Made by a program: the position numbers and the translations under genes. DNA of 64,000 bases from Minisyncoccia bacterium (GTDB lineage Bacteria > Patescibacteriota > Minisyncoccia > SW-4-49-11), in NCBI GenBank assembly GCA_044356325.1, contig JBIKWJ010000001.1, forward strand, positions 56,305 through 120,304. The letters are read 5' to 3'. Below the pieces are notes generated by a model. The model was given only the letters and a program-made list of their open reading frames with translations, did no database searches and was not told the origin of the DNA. Below, piece by piece: positions 39,587-48,363 of this stretch. Every line of letters starts with the position of its first letter. Within the stretch, counting starts at the first letter, position 1.

Positions 39587-40867
39587 TTACTCATTGATAA
39601 TAGGAAGTCCCATAGGGGGATTTGCTTTTTTAGCTTGTACTCTTTTAAGAGTTGATGTAGTAATTGCTCCTCCTGGAAAATGAAAGATAGTTGTTAATTC
39701 CTCCGTATTAAAAATAAATTTTGTACTTGCAATTTTGCGTTTAATATAACTATCTAACATTAATATTTTACGAAGACGTTCTTTGCCACGAATAGGTCTA
39801 TTAAAAAAATTACTTACTATAGTTATACTATCTTCATTAGGTTTAAAAGAATTAAGCGTAGAATCATTAAATTGCTTTAAACTACCAAGTAATGCTTTTG
39901 GTTGATTTGGGTTGAATCGAGCTTTTGGAGCTACATATACAACTCTTAAAGCTGTTTTAAATCCTGATTTTGTCATACTAAGTTCAATAGTTTCTATGAT
40001 TTTTTGTTTACCTGGGGTAAGATTTTGATTTACTCCAAATTTTTGTTCTTTTGGAGTAGGTGCTGATGGGGCTTTAACAATACCAAATGAAATAAATTCA
40101 ATGATAGGAGCTATATAGATATCTAAGAATGTTCTCTTATCTTCAAAATCTCGATCCAGTAGCTTATCTAATTCTTTTTTACTCACCTTATTCCAGGTAT
40201 CCTCAAGAGGCTCAATAGGTAATTGCATCCATAATTGCTCATCTGGCTCTATCCCAGCCATTACTTCTAATACCTGAGACAATGGATCATTGATATTAGC
40301 ATCAATACTCGGGTCAAGGAATTGTTGATAGGTACGAATTGGGTAAGCATCATTTTTTTCCATACCAAGATCTACCCCAAAAAGATCATATTCAACCTCT
40401 AATGTATCATTAGTAAATCCTTGGGTATAATCAGAGACCTCTATTATTTCTACCTCCGGAAAAGCCCCATATATGCTATTTTCTACCATTTTGCGATATT
40501 TGACATGAGTTCTGATGAGAAAGTGAATATCTCCTCCAATTGATACAATTTCAAGAGAAAACATATCTGGAAGAGCTCCTTCTATATTTTTTTCCCACCA
40601 AGAATAAGAAGTTTGCCCCCCATGTAGGGTAGTCAAAAATTGCTCCATTGATTTAGGCGTTTTTTCTTCTCCTTTTTCTAATACAATTTCAAGTAATACA
40701 AATTGCAAATTATTACGAATCCAATTCCCTCGAATAAAATCAAAATAAAATGTTCTCAGTATAGTCCACAATATTATTGGAAGCCAAATCCACCAAAAAG
40801 ATAGAATAAATTCAAAAATAAAAAATGCCTGATTTGTGTTTACATAAGATAAAGTATCACTAGGCAT
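39587..40867 (-). CDS. Membrane-anchored protein of unknown function, a likely partner of the ATPase.
   Basis: 426 aa. The N-terminal hydrophobic hairpin (FFIFEFILSFWWIWLPIILWTIL) is followed by a large soluble domain. It is separated from the ATPase by a 9 bp gap. Confidence 0.4.
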   Translation of the reverse strand: MPSDTLSYVNTNQAFFIFEFILSFWWIWLPIILWTILRTFYFDFIRGNWIRNNLQFVLLEIVLEKGEEKTPKSMEQFLTTLHGGQTSYSWWEKNIEGALPDMFSLEIVSIGGDIHFLIRTHVKYRKMVENSIYGAFPEVEIIEVSDYTQGFTNDTLEVEYDLFGVDLGMEKNDAYPIRTYQQFLDPSIDANINDPLSQVLEVMAGIEPDEQLWMQLPIEPLEDTWNKVSKKELDKLLDRDFEDKRTFLDIYIAPIIEFISFGIVKAPSAPTPKEQKFGVNQNLTPGKQKIIETIELSMTKSGFKTALRVVYVAPKARFNPNQPKALLGSLKQFNDSTLNSFKPNEDSITIVSNFFNRPIRGKERLRKILMLDSYIKRKIASTKFIFNTEELTTIFHFPGGAITTSTLKRVQAKKANPPMGLPIINE

Positions 40868-40922
40868 ACATTTGTGTCTATTATATGTATCAAGTATATC
40901 AGGAAATATTTTGTTCGTCTAC

Positions 40923-42065
40923 TTACAAAGTTGTCTTTTGTAACAAATCAATAAGCCTAGTATTAAGCTCTTTGCCAGCTGTATGTATATCCTTGTCTGA
41001 GGCATAACTATATACCAAGACTCCTTCATCATATTCACCATCCAAATCTGAAAGAAAATGAGCCATATCAAGTTTAGGGAAATCTAGATACCCTTGTTTG
41101 GTACTATTCCCATTATCAAGGAGAATATGAAGTCCCAAATTATCACTCGGTAAATAAGATAGTATTGTTCGGTATATCAGAGGTATATCCTTAGCCTTAG
41201 TATGAGTTTTAGAAAAATCATGGGGAAAAAGCTTAGAATACGCGTAGCGATGTTTTACTCCCTGAATAGTGATTTCCATCCACTCTAAATGAGCTAGAAT
41301 ACGGCCAATAAGTAATCTCTGACTATCTGTAATAAGACTATTAAGAGCATTATCAATAGCGGTATAATTAGCTCCTAATTCTCTCATCTCAATAATTGCT
41401 TTATCTACTGCTAATGTACGAGATGATAATAATAAAGAGAATAACAGGGCATTACAAATATTTTCATTCCAAGCATTGGGATAATACGTTTTAATATAGT
41501 CAATAATAATCTCAGCATTAGAATTATAGGCTGAATTATATATTGTTTTTTCAGAATAAGGATGCTTTATATCAAAAGCTGATATAGCAAGAGAAGGTGT
41601 ATCAATCAATATATGGGGATAATCTGTAAAATATTGCCCTAATTGAGTCCAGTTTTGTGTATCTAATGTTACTACCAAATCATAAGAATATTTGCCAGGA
41701 GTAATAGTAACTAATTCTGATTGGAATTTTTCTGAAGGTGAATTGAGATAAATTCTAATCTCAGAATCCGTTCTATCATATTTGAGAGATTCAATAGGAT
41801 ATTTGGTAGTATCAATAGAAATTACTGACTCTACAGAACCTTGTAATATTGAGGTTATCATACTAGTATCAATCATAGTCAATACTTGCTGTATATGAGT
41901 ATATGAGGATATAATACTCACTTGTTTTCCCTCAGATTGTAATAAAGAAGCTAAGGCTAGGGCTGAGCCCAATATATGTATTCCATGAATTTCTGGAATC
42001 GGAATTACAATTGACTGAGCATTTTGTAATGTCTCATGCATTAATGTCAAATCTGATACAGCCAT
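40923..42065 (-). CDS. DHH-phosphoesterase-superfamily-like protein (degenerate, probably non-catalytic).
   Basis: 380 aa. The N-terminal ...GIHILGSALALASLLQSEGKQVSII... resembles the NrnA/DHH motif I region, but the canonical DHH and GGGH motifs are not evident. Confidence 0.3.
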   Translation of the reverse strand: MAVSDLTLMHETLQNAQSIVIPIPEIHGIHILGSALALASLLQSEGKQVSIISSYTHIQQVLTMIDTSMITSILQGSVESVISIDTTKYPIESLKYDRTDSEIRIYLNSPSEKFQSELVTITPGKYSYDLVVTLDTQNWTQLGQYFTDYPHILIDTPSLAISAFDIKHPYSEKTIYNSAYNSNAEIIIDYIKTYYPNAWNENICNALLFSLLLSSRTLAVDKAIIEMRELGANYTAIDNALNSLITDSQRLLIGRILAHLEWMEITIQGVKHRYAYSKLFPHDFSKTHTKAKDIPLIYRTILSYLPSDNLGLHILLDNGNSTKQGYLDFPKLDMAHFLSDLDGEYDEGVLVYSYASDKDIHTAGKELNTRLIDLLQKTTL

Positions 42066-42123
42066 ATAATATCCCTATATAAAGACTTATTATACCAAAA
42101 TACTTATATATAGTCAAAAATAT

Positions 42124-42417
42124 TTGTGAGATGGGGAGATAGTAGACCAAACAGATTACTATACATTGCTAGCCTAAGGACCCTAGCTTGTCACAAAAAT
42201 TGTCCTCCTTTGCCTGCCTGCGGTAGGCAGGGAGGAGGTGGCCGTCAGGCCGGAGGTGGATAGAGTTCAAGTTTGTATATTATCCACCCCCGCCTTTCAG
42301 ACTCCCCCCTCCAAAGGGGGATAAAAGTAATAATTCTTTTGTTACGACAACATATGCTACCTTAAGGTCGCCCCTACACAAATCTCATTTTGTCTATGAT
42401 GTATCTCATCTTATTCA
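42124..42417. repeat. GC-rich MITE-like element, copy C.
   Basis: Nearly identical to copy E at 57708-58003. The right TIR is ...gtaggggcgacctt...tgtctatgatgtatctcatcttattca and the left TIR is tttgtgagatggggagatagtagacc. The core contains ttgcctgcctgcggtaggcagggaggaggtggccgtcaggccggaggtgga. Confidence 0.7.
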
Positions 42418-42427
42418 AGACAATCTC

Positions 42428-42745
42428 CTAAGCTTGCCTTAATAAATCTCTTATTCCCTGTATAAATTCAGATAATTCTTTATCTAAATTTACATTTTGT
42501 ATAGTGTTCTCTGAATCCAATGCAATTTGTATTATGGATTGATTATTAATAGTAATATATATATATCGTTCTCTTACAAATAATGCCCGAGGATATGATA
42601 TCAGAACAGGAATATAATTGTTTTCTGTATTTACAAAATTAATGATAAAAGATCCATATTGCAATAATTCTTGTGCAATAAATTCATAGCTATCTATATG
42701 ATTATAGGCTTCTCCATAATGTGGTGAGAGATTTGCTGAATTCAT
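42428..42745 (-). CDS. Hypothetical protein.
   Basis: 105 aa with no recognisable family. It is the last gene of a three-gene minus-strand cluster. Confidence 0.4.
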   Translation of the reverse strand: MNSANLSPHYGEAYNHIDSYEFIAQELLQYGSFIINFVNTENNYIPVLISYPRALFVRERYIYITINNQSIIQIALDSENTIQNVNLDKELSEFIQGIRDLLRQA

Positions 42746-42748
42746 AGT

Positions 42749-43372
42749 TTAGAATTTACTAATAAGGAAATAATATAAGGCTGGTTGATAGTTTTCCGCC
42801 CATTTACGAGCTTGAGATTCACCATCACTATCCGCGGGAAAACAATTCCCCATCAAGCGATAGCAATAATCTTGTAAACTTTTGCTATAGGTATATAAAA
42901 CAGGTATTGCAGATTGTTGAAATAATGGCATTGCATAATAACGGTCCCCTATTTTGATATTATGAATAAAAGGAGTTTTGATGGCAAGTAAAATCATTTT
43001 AATAATTCTTGTTGCCATACCTACATCTCGAGTTTTGGTTTTACCCATAAAATAATTCCCATTTTGTAGTAATTTTTCTTCTCCGTTAGAATGGGCATAA
43101 CTCCGAATATTGGGCTCAATTCTAGAGTCCATATAGGCATAATGATCTAACATTGAAGGCTGAGTATATTCATTCTCTTCATGGGGAGGTAATAATTCAA
43201 ACACTTCTGTATGTTTTTTGACTACAGAAGCTGGAATTTGAACCATTCCATATGGCTTAACTTTTACATAAGAATCCAAATCTCGCATATATTCAATAAT
43301 ATCTCCACGGCGTAAATATGTCATGGTATGAATATATTCGAAATCTTGATTGAGTTTATACCTATCAGCCAT
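42749..43372 (-). CDS. Hypothetical protein.
   Basis: 207 aa, soluble, with no recognisable family. Confidence 0.4.
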   Translation of the reverse strand: MADRYKLNQDFEYIHTMTYLRRGDIIEYMRDLDSYVKVKPYGMVQIPASVVKKHTEVFELLPPHEENEYTQPSMLDHYAYMDSRIEPNIRSYAHSNGEEKLLQNGNYFMGKTKTRDVGMATRIIKMILLAIKTPFIHNIKIGDRYYAMPLFQQSAIPVLYTYSKSLQDYCYRLMGNCFPADSDGESQARKWAENYQPALYYFLISKF

Positions 43373-43373
43373 A

Positions 43374-43592
43374 TTATGTTAACAAAAGTATAACTTGAGT
43401 AAGTACAAGAGATGCCCCAATACTCCATATACCCATCACAATAAAAGAAAAACTTCTCAGCTCACCTTTTTCATTTGGAGACATTTGTTGAATAAATCCA
43501 GTACTTACCAATACAAACATAGTAGCTATCGTACTGGTAACTGCTATTGATATCAGGGACAATGCCCATACTTGTATAAATTCTGTCGCCAT
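43374..43592 (-). CDS. Small membrane protein with two transmembrane helices.
   Basis: 72 aa with two hydrophobic helices. It is the first gene of the cluster and sits downstream of a consensus promoter. Confidence 0.4.
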   Translation of the reverse strand: MATEFIQVWALSLISIAVTSTIATMFVLVSTGFIQQMSPNEKGELRSFSFIVMGIWSIGASLVLTQVILLLT

Positions 43593-43648
43593 AGTCTCAA
43601 GAGCTGATTATTAAGCGTCCTCCTGCCATATGGCTTTGAGAACTATTA

Positions 43649-43677
43649 AATATATCATATCCATATTATTTTGTCAA
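43649..43677 (-). promoter_or_regulatory. Sigma70-like promoter.
   Basis: On the minus strand: cta-TTGACA, a 17 nt spacer, then TATATT. It shares the ctattgacaaa motif. Confidence 0.45.
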
Positions 43678-43744
43678 TAGAAAATTACAAGTAAAATGAC
43701 AAAAGTTGTCAAATAAAAAAGATGTTGTATGGTACAACATCTTC

Positions 43745-43990
43745 AAAGGTGAGCAGAGATTTAGGCAGCTTGCATTTCTTCAGATGGAATACAAACTTCC
43801 TCGATATTCTTAATAATATTTTCATTGTCAAAGTCTCTAGGGCTAAATAACGTATAAACCTTATTTCTCAAAGAGTCCCTAGATAAAATCTGAGGAAGAG
43901 GGAAATGCCTATTAATAACATCGTGAATATCTGTATCTCATAATATTTTTTTAGTATTGAAATGAGCGATAATTTCTTCTGAACTAGGGA
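43745..43990 (-). pseudogene. Small ORF interrupted by an in-frame TGA, a paralog of the gene at 44136-44339.
   Basis: The minus strand reads ATG ACA CTA CTC AAA ATC CCT AGT TCA GAA GAA ATT ATC GCT CAT TTC AAT ACT AAA AAA ATA TTA TGA GAT ACA ..., and the same frame then continues for 58 more codons to TAA. The N-terminus MTLLKIPSSEEI resembles MDNKIIVPSEEI of the neighbouring gene. Confidence 0.35.
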
Positions 43991-44031
43991 TTTTGAGTAG
44001 TGTCATTTGAATTAATGAGTACCACATCAAA

Positions 44032-44060
44032 ATTATATCTATACAGTATATATTTGTCAA
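44032..44060 (-). promoter_or_regulatory. Consensus sigma70 promoter (TTGACA, 17 nt, TATAAT).
   Basis: On the minus strand: ctaTTGACAaatatatactgtatagaTATAATtttga. The ATG of the interrupted ORF lies about 40 nt downstream. Confidence 0.5.
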
Positions 44061-44085
44061 TAGACTACATCTATTTATTATTAAA

Positions 44086-44119
44086 AGAAAAATCGGCTCC
44101 CGGAGAAGCCGATTTTTTA
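44086..44119. terminator. Bidirectional rho-independent terminator.
   Basis: aaaaa-tcggctcccggagaagccga-tttttt. Confidence 0.55.
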
Positions 44120-44135
44120 ATAGTATAAATAAGGA

Positions 44136-44339
44136 TTAATCCTCTGGAACAAGTTGTAATATTCTTTCCAAAATGAGATCTACCTGATCAGGAAACTGGG
44201 TTTTTAGTTGATCTGATAGCCTAGAAACAGACAACTGTAACCCAGCATATTCAAGGAGATGATTCAGATCTTTAGACTCAAGAAAACCGAAATTCGTCCA
44301 CAGGATCTCTTCAGAAGGAACAATGATCTTGTTATCCAT
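44136..44339 (-). CDS. Hypothetical small protein, paralog of the interrupted ORF upstream.
   Basis: 67 aa, MDNKIIVPSEEILWTNFGFLESKDLNHLLEY.... Confidence 0.4.
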   Translation of the reverse strand: MDNKIIVPSEEILWTNFGFLESKDLNHLLEYAGLQLSVSRLSDQLKTQFPDQVDLILERILQLVPED

Positions 44340-44390
44340 TAAAAATCAGGCAATACAACTCTAATATATTATGTATAAAACTGTATTTTG

Positions 44391-45311
44391 TCAAGCTTTT
44401 TTATACCAAGCTCTATATATAATTACCAGTAATGGGGAGGCGATGAATATAGATGAATAGGCTCCAAAGAAAGTCCCGAGGAATAAAGCTAAAGCAAAAT
44501 ATTTGACTGTTGCTCCTCCAAAAAAGAATATAGCTCCCAATACTACCAATAATGATACCGAGGTATTAATGGATCTTGTAAAGGTTTGATCTATACTTTT
44601 ACCTACTGTCTCTTCAAAATTATCTCCTCCATAGCGCCGAATATTTTCTCGAATTCTATCAAAAACAACAATAGTATCATTAATGGAAGATCCTAATATT
44701 GATAATAAAGCGATCACAAATAATACATCAATTTGTAATATTCCACGATAGGAAAGATAGGCAAATACTCCTGTTGGTATTGCAATATCATGAATAAGAG
44801 CAATAATAGCGGTAAGTCCATAATAGCGAGAAGGCACTGGATAGGAAACCCCACGGAATACATAGGTTATAAAAATAATAATCGCAACTAATACAATAGC
44901 AATAGCAATTAAAGCTCGGTTTTTTAGCTCTGATCCAATACTAGAACTAATCAGAGAATTAGATTGTTCTTTTATAATATCAGCTTTTGCAATTTCTTCA
45001 GTATCATATTTTAGTGCAATATCTTGCTTTAATGTAGTATATTGCTCATCATTAATAGGTTCTAATTCAATACGAAATACTGCATTGTCTTGTTTTGTCA
45101 CAATTCTGGGTTTTTGTCCTTTTTCGCTAAGAGCTTTTGTTAATTCCTCAGTTGATAAATTAGGTTGACTCGTAATTTTCCATTCTACTGTTCTCCCTCC
45201 AATAAAATCAGGTCCTAGCCTCAGACCAAATACTACAAGACTAATAATAGAGGCAATTATTAATACCAATCCTATTATTAACCATATTCTTGTATGTCGT
45301 ATAATCCACAT
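44391..45311 (-). CDS. secF: Protein-export membrane protein SecF.
   Basis: Typical SecF transmembrane topology and sequence. The start is probably an internal Met overlapping the secD stop. Confidence 0.85.
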   Translation of the reverse strand: MWIIRHTRIWLIIGLVLIIASIISLVVFGLRLGPDFIGGRTVEWKITSQPNLSTEELTKALSEKGQKPRIVTKQDNAVFRIELEPINDEQYTTLKQDIALKYDTEEIAKADIIKEQSNSLISSSIGSELKNRALIAIAIVLVAIIIFITYVFRGVSYPVPSRYYGLTAIIALIHDIAIPTGVFAYLSYRGILQIDVLFVIALLSILGSSINDTIVVFDRIRENIRRYGGDNFEETVGKSIDQTFTRSINTSVSLLVVLGAIFFFGGATVKYFALALFLGTFFGAYSSIFIASPLLVIIYRAWYKKA

Positions 45312-45313
45312 AA

Positions 45314-46864
45314 TTATTTCTGTAAGGTAATAAAGCGACCAAATTTTGTCTTTAATAACCATTCTTGATATCCAAGTAAAATGATTAATAGCCTACTGAC
45401 GGTAATAGCGGTAAACAAGCTAACACCTATTCCAATAGTAAGTGTTACTCCAAATCCTCTCACTACTCCAGAAGCTAAATAAAACAAGATAAGAGCAGAT
45501 ATTAAGGTAGATATATGAGAATCTCGAATTGATTCCCAAGCTCGCTTAAATCCTTCTTTTGCGCTTGCCTCAAAATCCCTCCCATTAGCAAGTTCCTCCT
45601 TCATACGCTCGAATATCAAAATATTACCGTCCACTGCAATTCCAATACTTACAATAAATCCGGTAATTCCTGCTATTGTCAAAGTAAATCCTAGTATATT
45701 AAATATAGCGAGCACCAATATTGCATATACTCCTAAAGCAATTACTGCAATCAACCCCAAACCTCGATAAAAGAGTATCATAAAAATAGCAACAAATAAT
45801 AATCCAAATCCTCCAGCTCGAATACTTTGATATAATGATTCAGTACCGAGGCTTGCTTGTATAATTTGTTGTGAAGCAATGGTAATTGGTACAGGCAAGG
45901 CTCCTGAATTCAAATAATCAACCAATTCCTTAGCACCTTGAGCAGTAAAGTCTCCAGATATTGTTGCCTGTCCATTAGGTATTTCTTGATTAATTCGAGG
46001 AGCACTCACAACTTGACCATCTAGGACAATATAAAGAATTTTTCCAATATTATCTCGGGTAAATTCAGCAAATTTTTTCTTCCCCTCATCATCAAATTTA
46101 ATACCTACTTGTGGCTGCGCAGTTTGTGGATCAAAAATAACTTGAGCATTATCAAGATTTTGTCCTGTTAATACTGGAGATCCGATAAAATCAAGATTTG
46201 CTAGATTTTCTAGATTTTCTAGATTACCGCTTTGTATCTGCTCTATAATTTTTTGCCTTTCTTCTGGGGGTCTTACTTTATCAAAAAACTCTAAAGTTGG
46301 AGTTTGTCCAATTTGCTTAATTGCTTGCTCTGGATCTTTAATCCCCGCAAGCTCTACTACTAATCGAGTTGTGTCCCCTTGCTCTAAATAAATATGAGGC
46401 TCACTAACTCCAAAAGAATCTACTCTTTGGGTTACAACTTTTTGTAAACTCTCCAAGGCTTGTTTTTGATCAGGCCCTGCTATCCCTTTTAAATCAACAT
46501 CATATACCACTCTTACTCCCCCCTGTAAGTCGAGACCTAATATAAAGGTATTATTTGGTAATGGTGGAATATCTCTTTGAGATAGCCATTGATCAAATCC
46601 TCGAGACTTAAATGGTAAGTTTCCCCATTGAGATAAATTGTCTGAACCTCTATTAATCCCATCAATAAGCTTATTAATTGGCTGTGGATAAATATAAAAT
46701 AATGCAAATAATGTTAGTACAAGAACTCCAATTGATTGTCTTATGATATTTCCTTTTTTGGTTTTCCCTTTAATACAATACCAAATAAATAGTCCTATTT
46801 TATCAAATGGATACCAAATTATTTTCAATATATTTCCCGGTAATCGTTTCAGCCAATTCAGCAT
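45314..46864 (-). CDS. secD: Protein-export membrane protein SecD.
   Basis: 516 aa with a periplasmic domain and a C-terminal 6-TM region. The coding sequence contains a 9 bp x3 tandem repeat encoding NLENLENLANL. Confidence 0.85.
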   Translation of the reverse strand: MLNWLKRLPGNILKIIWYPFDKIGLFIWYCIKGKTKKGNIIRQSIGVLVLTLFALFYIYPQPINKLIDGINRGSDNLSQWGNLPFKSRGFDQWLSQRDIPPLPNNTFILGLDLQGGVRVVYDVDLKGIAGPDQKQALESLQKVVTQRVDSFGVSEPHIYLEQGDTTRLVVELAGIKDPEQAIKQIGQTPTLEFFDKVRPPEERQKIIEQIQSGNLENLENLANLDFIGSPVLTGQNLDNAQVIFDPQTAQPQVGIKFDDEGKKKFAEFTRDNIGKILYIVLDGQVVSAPRINQEIPNGQATISGDFTAQGAKELVDYLNSGALPVPITIASQQIIQASLGTESLYQSIRAGGFGLLFVAIFMILFYRGLGLIAVIALGVYAILVLAIFNILGFTLTIAGITGFIVSIGIAVDGNILIFERMKEELANGRDFEASAKEGFKRAWESIRDSHISTLISALILFYLASGVVRGFGVTLTIGIGVSLFTAITVSRLLIILLGYQEWLLKTKFGRFITLQK

Positions 46865-46888
46865 AGTAATATCAATTTTTATAGGGAT

Positions 46889-47167
46889 TTATGCACCCAT
46901 ACCCATTTCTGCAGCTACTTCTTTTTGTAAATCTTTTTTTGCTAATTCAATAACCTCAACAATAGTTTTTTCTAATTTTGACTTATCTTGTAATAATTCA
47001 TCACTAATTTTTAATTCTTTAATTGCTTGTGTTCCATCAAGAGTAATAGTAATTCCTTTTTCTTCTTTAGTAATTCTCTTTTTTGCTAATTTCTTTTGTA
47101 ATTTTTGCATTTCTGAGAATTGAGAGAACATTTCTTTTGCTTGATTGAAACCATCGAACATACCCAT
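46889..47167 (-). CDS. ybaB: Nucleoid-associated protein YbaB/EbfC.
   Basis: 92 aa, MGMFDGFNQAKEM...ITITLDGTQAIKELKISDELL.... Confidence 0.85.
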   Translation of the reverse strand: MGMFDGFNQAKEMFSQFSEMQKLQKKLAKKRITKEEKGITITLDGTQAIKELKISDELLQDKSKLEKTIVEVIELAKKDLQKEVAAEMGMGA

Positions 47168-47230
47168 ATTGATATATTTTAAATCTTATTATAATATCTA
47201 GTATATCAGATAATTAAATATTTGAGAATA

Positions 47231-48361
47231 CTATTGTTCTAATAATAGTTTTTTATACAAATCATAGGTTTGACTTGCCATTTTCTCCCAAGTAAACATT
47301 TTCGCGCGCTCTAGCCCCTTATCTTTATATTCTTTTGAGAATAAAGGATTATGTACAAAAAATGTAATCGCCTTAGTTATTGCCTCAATATCATAGGGCC
47401 CAACTAAAACCCCGGCATCTCCTACAATTTCTGGAAGACAAGATGTATTGGAACTAATCACGGGAGTATTCAAACTCATAGCTTCAATAATAGGTATTCC
47501 AAACCCTTCATAAAGACTTAAGAATATAAAAGCTTTTGCTTGTTTTAATAAAATAATTTTCTCATCATTGGTAATAAATCCAACAAAAATAACTTTGTCT
47601 GCAATTTCATATTCTGCTATTACAGCATCAATTTGAGTATCATAATTATATCCTTTACCTCCTGCAATGACAAAATACAAATTACTCTCAGGATGAGTTG
47701 TGAGATACTCGGCAAAAGCTTTGAGAGCTGTTGGGATATTTTTACGTGGCTGCAAACTCCCAAGATACAAAATATAATCTTGTTTTAAGGCTTCTCTTAC
47801 CCCTGAGGAAGTATTAATAACCGGTGGAATACTTTGAATATTCCCTCCATTATAAATACTTACTATTTTACTTGCATCTGTTCCAAAAATATTCTGAATT
47901 GCATAGCGAGAATGTTGAGAAACAGTAATAATAGCATCAGCTTTTTTGATTGAAGGAGGAATGAGTATATTCAATAATAAACTATCCTTGAACTGAATAT
48001 GTTCAGGTACAAATTTCCAAGAAATATCATGAATTGTACTAATTAACTTGGTATATTTAGGTAAAAAGAATAATGGGGCAATATATTGTATATGTAATAA
48101 ATCAATATGATATTTTTCACAAGCTTTAGGTAGTAAATATTCTGTCCATAATAATTTCGATTTAGGGAGTAATGGAATAACTTTCCAATTTGATGATAAA
48201 TTTCGTAAATTCCCTACTTGATACCAATCCTCCGTATCAGTGAATAAATAAAAATTATGCCCTGTATCTAATTTCATTAATCCTTTAATCAGCTCAAGAG
48301 TATACACCTCATCTCCCGTTCTATTTTTACCAATTGCCCGTATGTCTATCGCGATATTCAT
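47231..48361 (-). CDS. GT4 family glycosyltransferase.
   Basis: 376 aa with ...FLSLYEGFGIPIIEAMSLNTPVISSNTSCLPEIVGDAG.... Confidence 0.75.
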   Translation of the reverse strand: MNIAIDIRAIGKNRTGDEVYTLELIKGLMKLDTGHNFYLFTDTEDWYQVGNLRNLSSNWKVIPLLPKSKLLWTEYLLPKACEKYHIDLLHIQYIAPLFFLPKYTKLISTIHDISWKFVPEHIQFKDSLLLNILIPPSIKKADAIITVSQHSRYAIQNIFGTDASKIVSIYNGGNIQSIPPVINTSSGVREALKQDYILYLGSLQPRKNIPTALKAFAEYLTTHPESNLYFVIAGGKGYNYDTQIDAVIAEYEIADKVIFVGFITNDEKIILLKQAKAFIFLSLYEGFGIPIIEAMSLNTPVISSNTSCLPEIVGDAGVLVGPYDIEAITKAITFFVHNPLFSKEYKDKGLERAKMFTWEKMASQTYDLYKKLLLEQ

Positions 48362-48363
48362 AT

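Noticed and set aside
40923-42065. Calling the 380 aa protein an active NrnA/RecJ-like DHH phosphoesterase.
   Set aside because: The DHH and GGGH catalytic motifs are not evident. Only motif-I-like similarity is present, so I label it DHH-like and degenerate, with low confidence.
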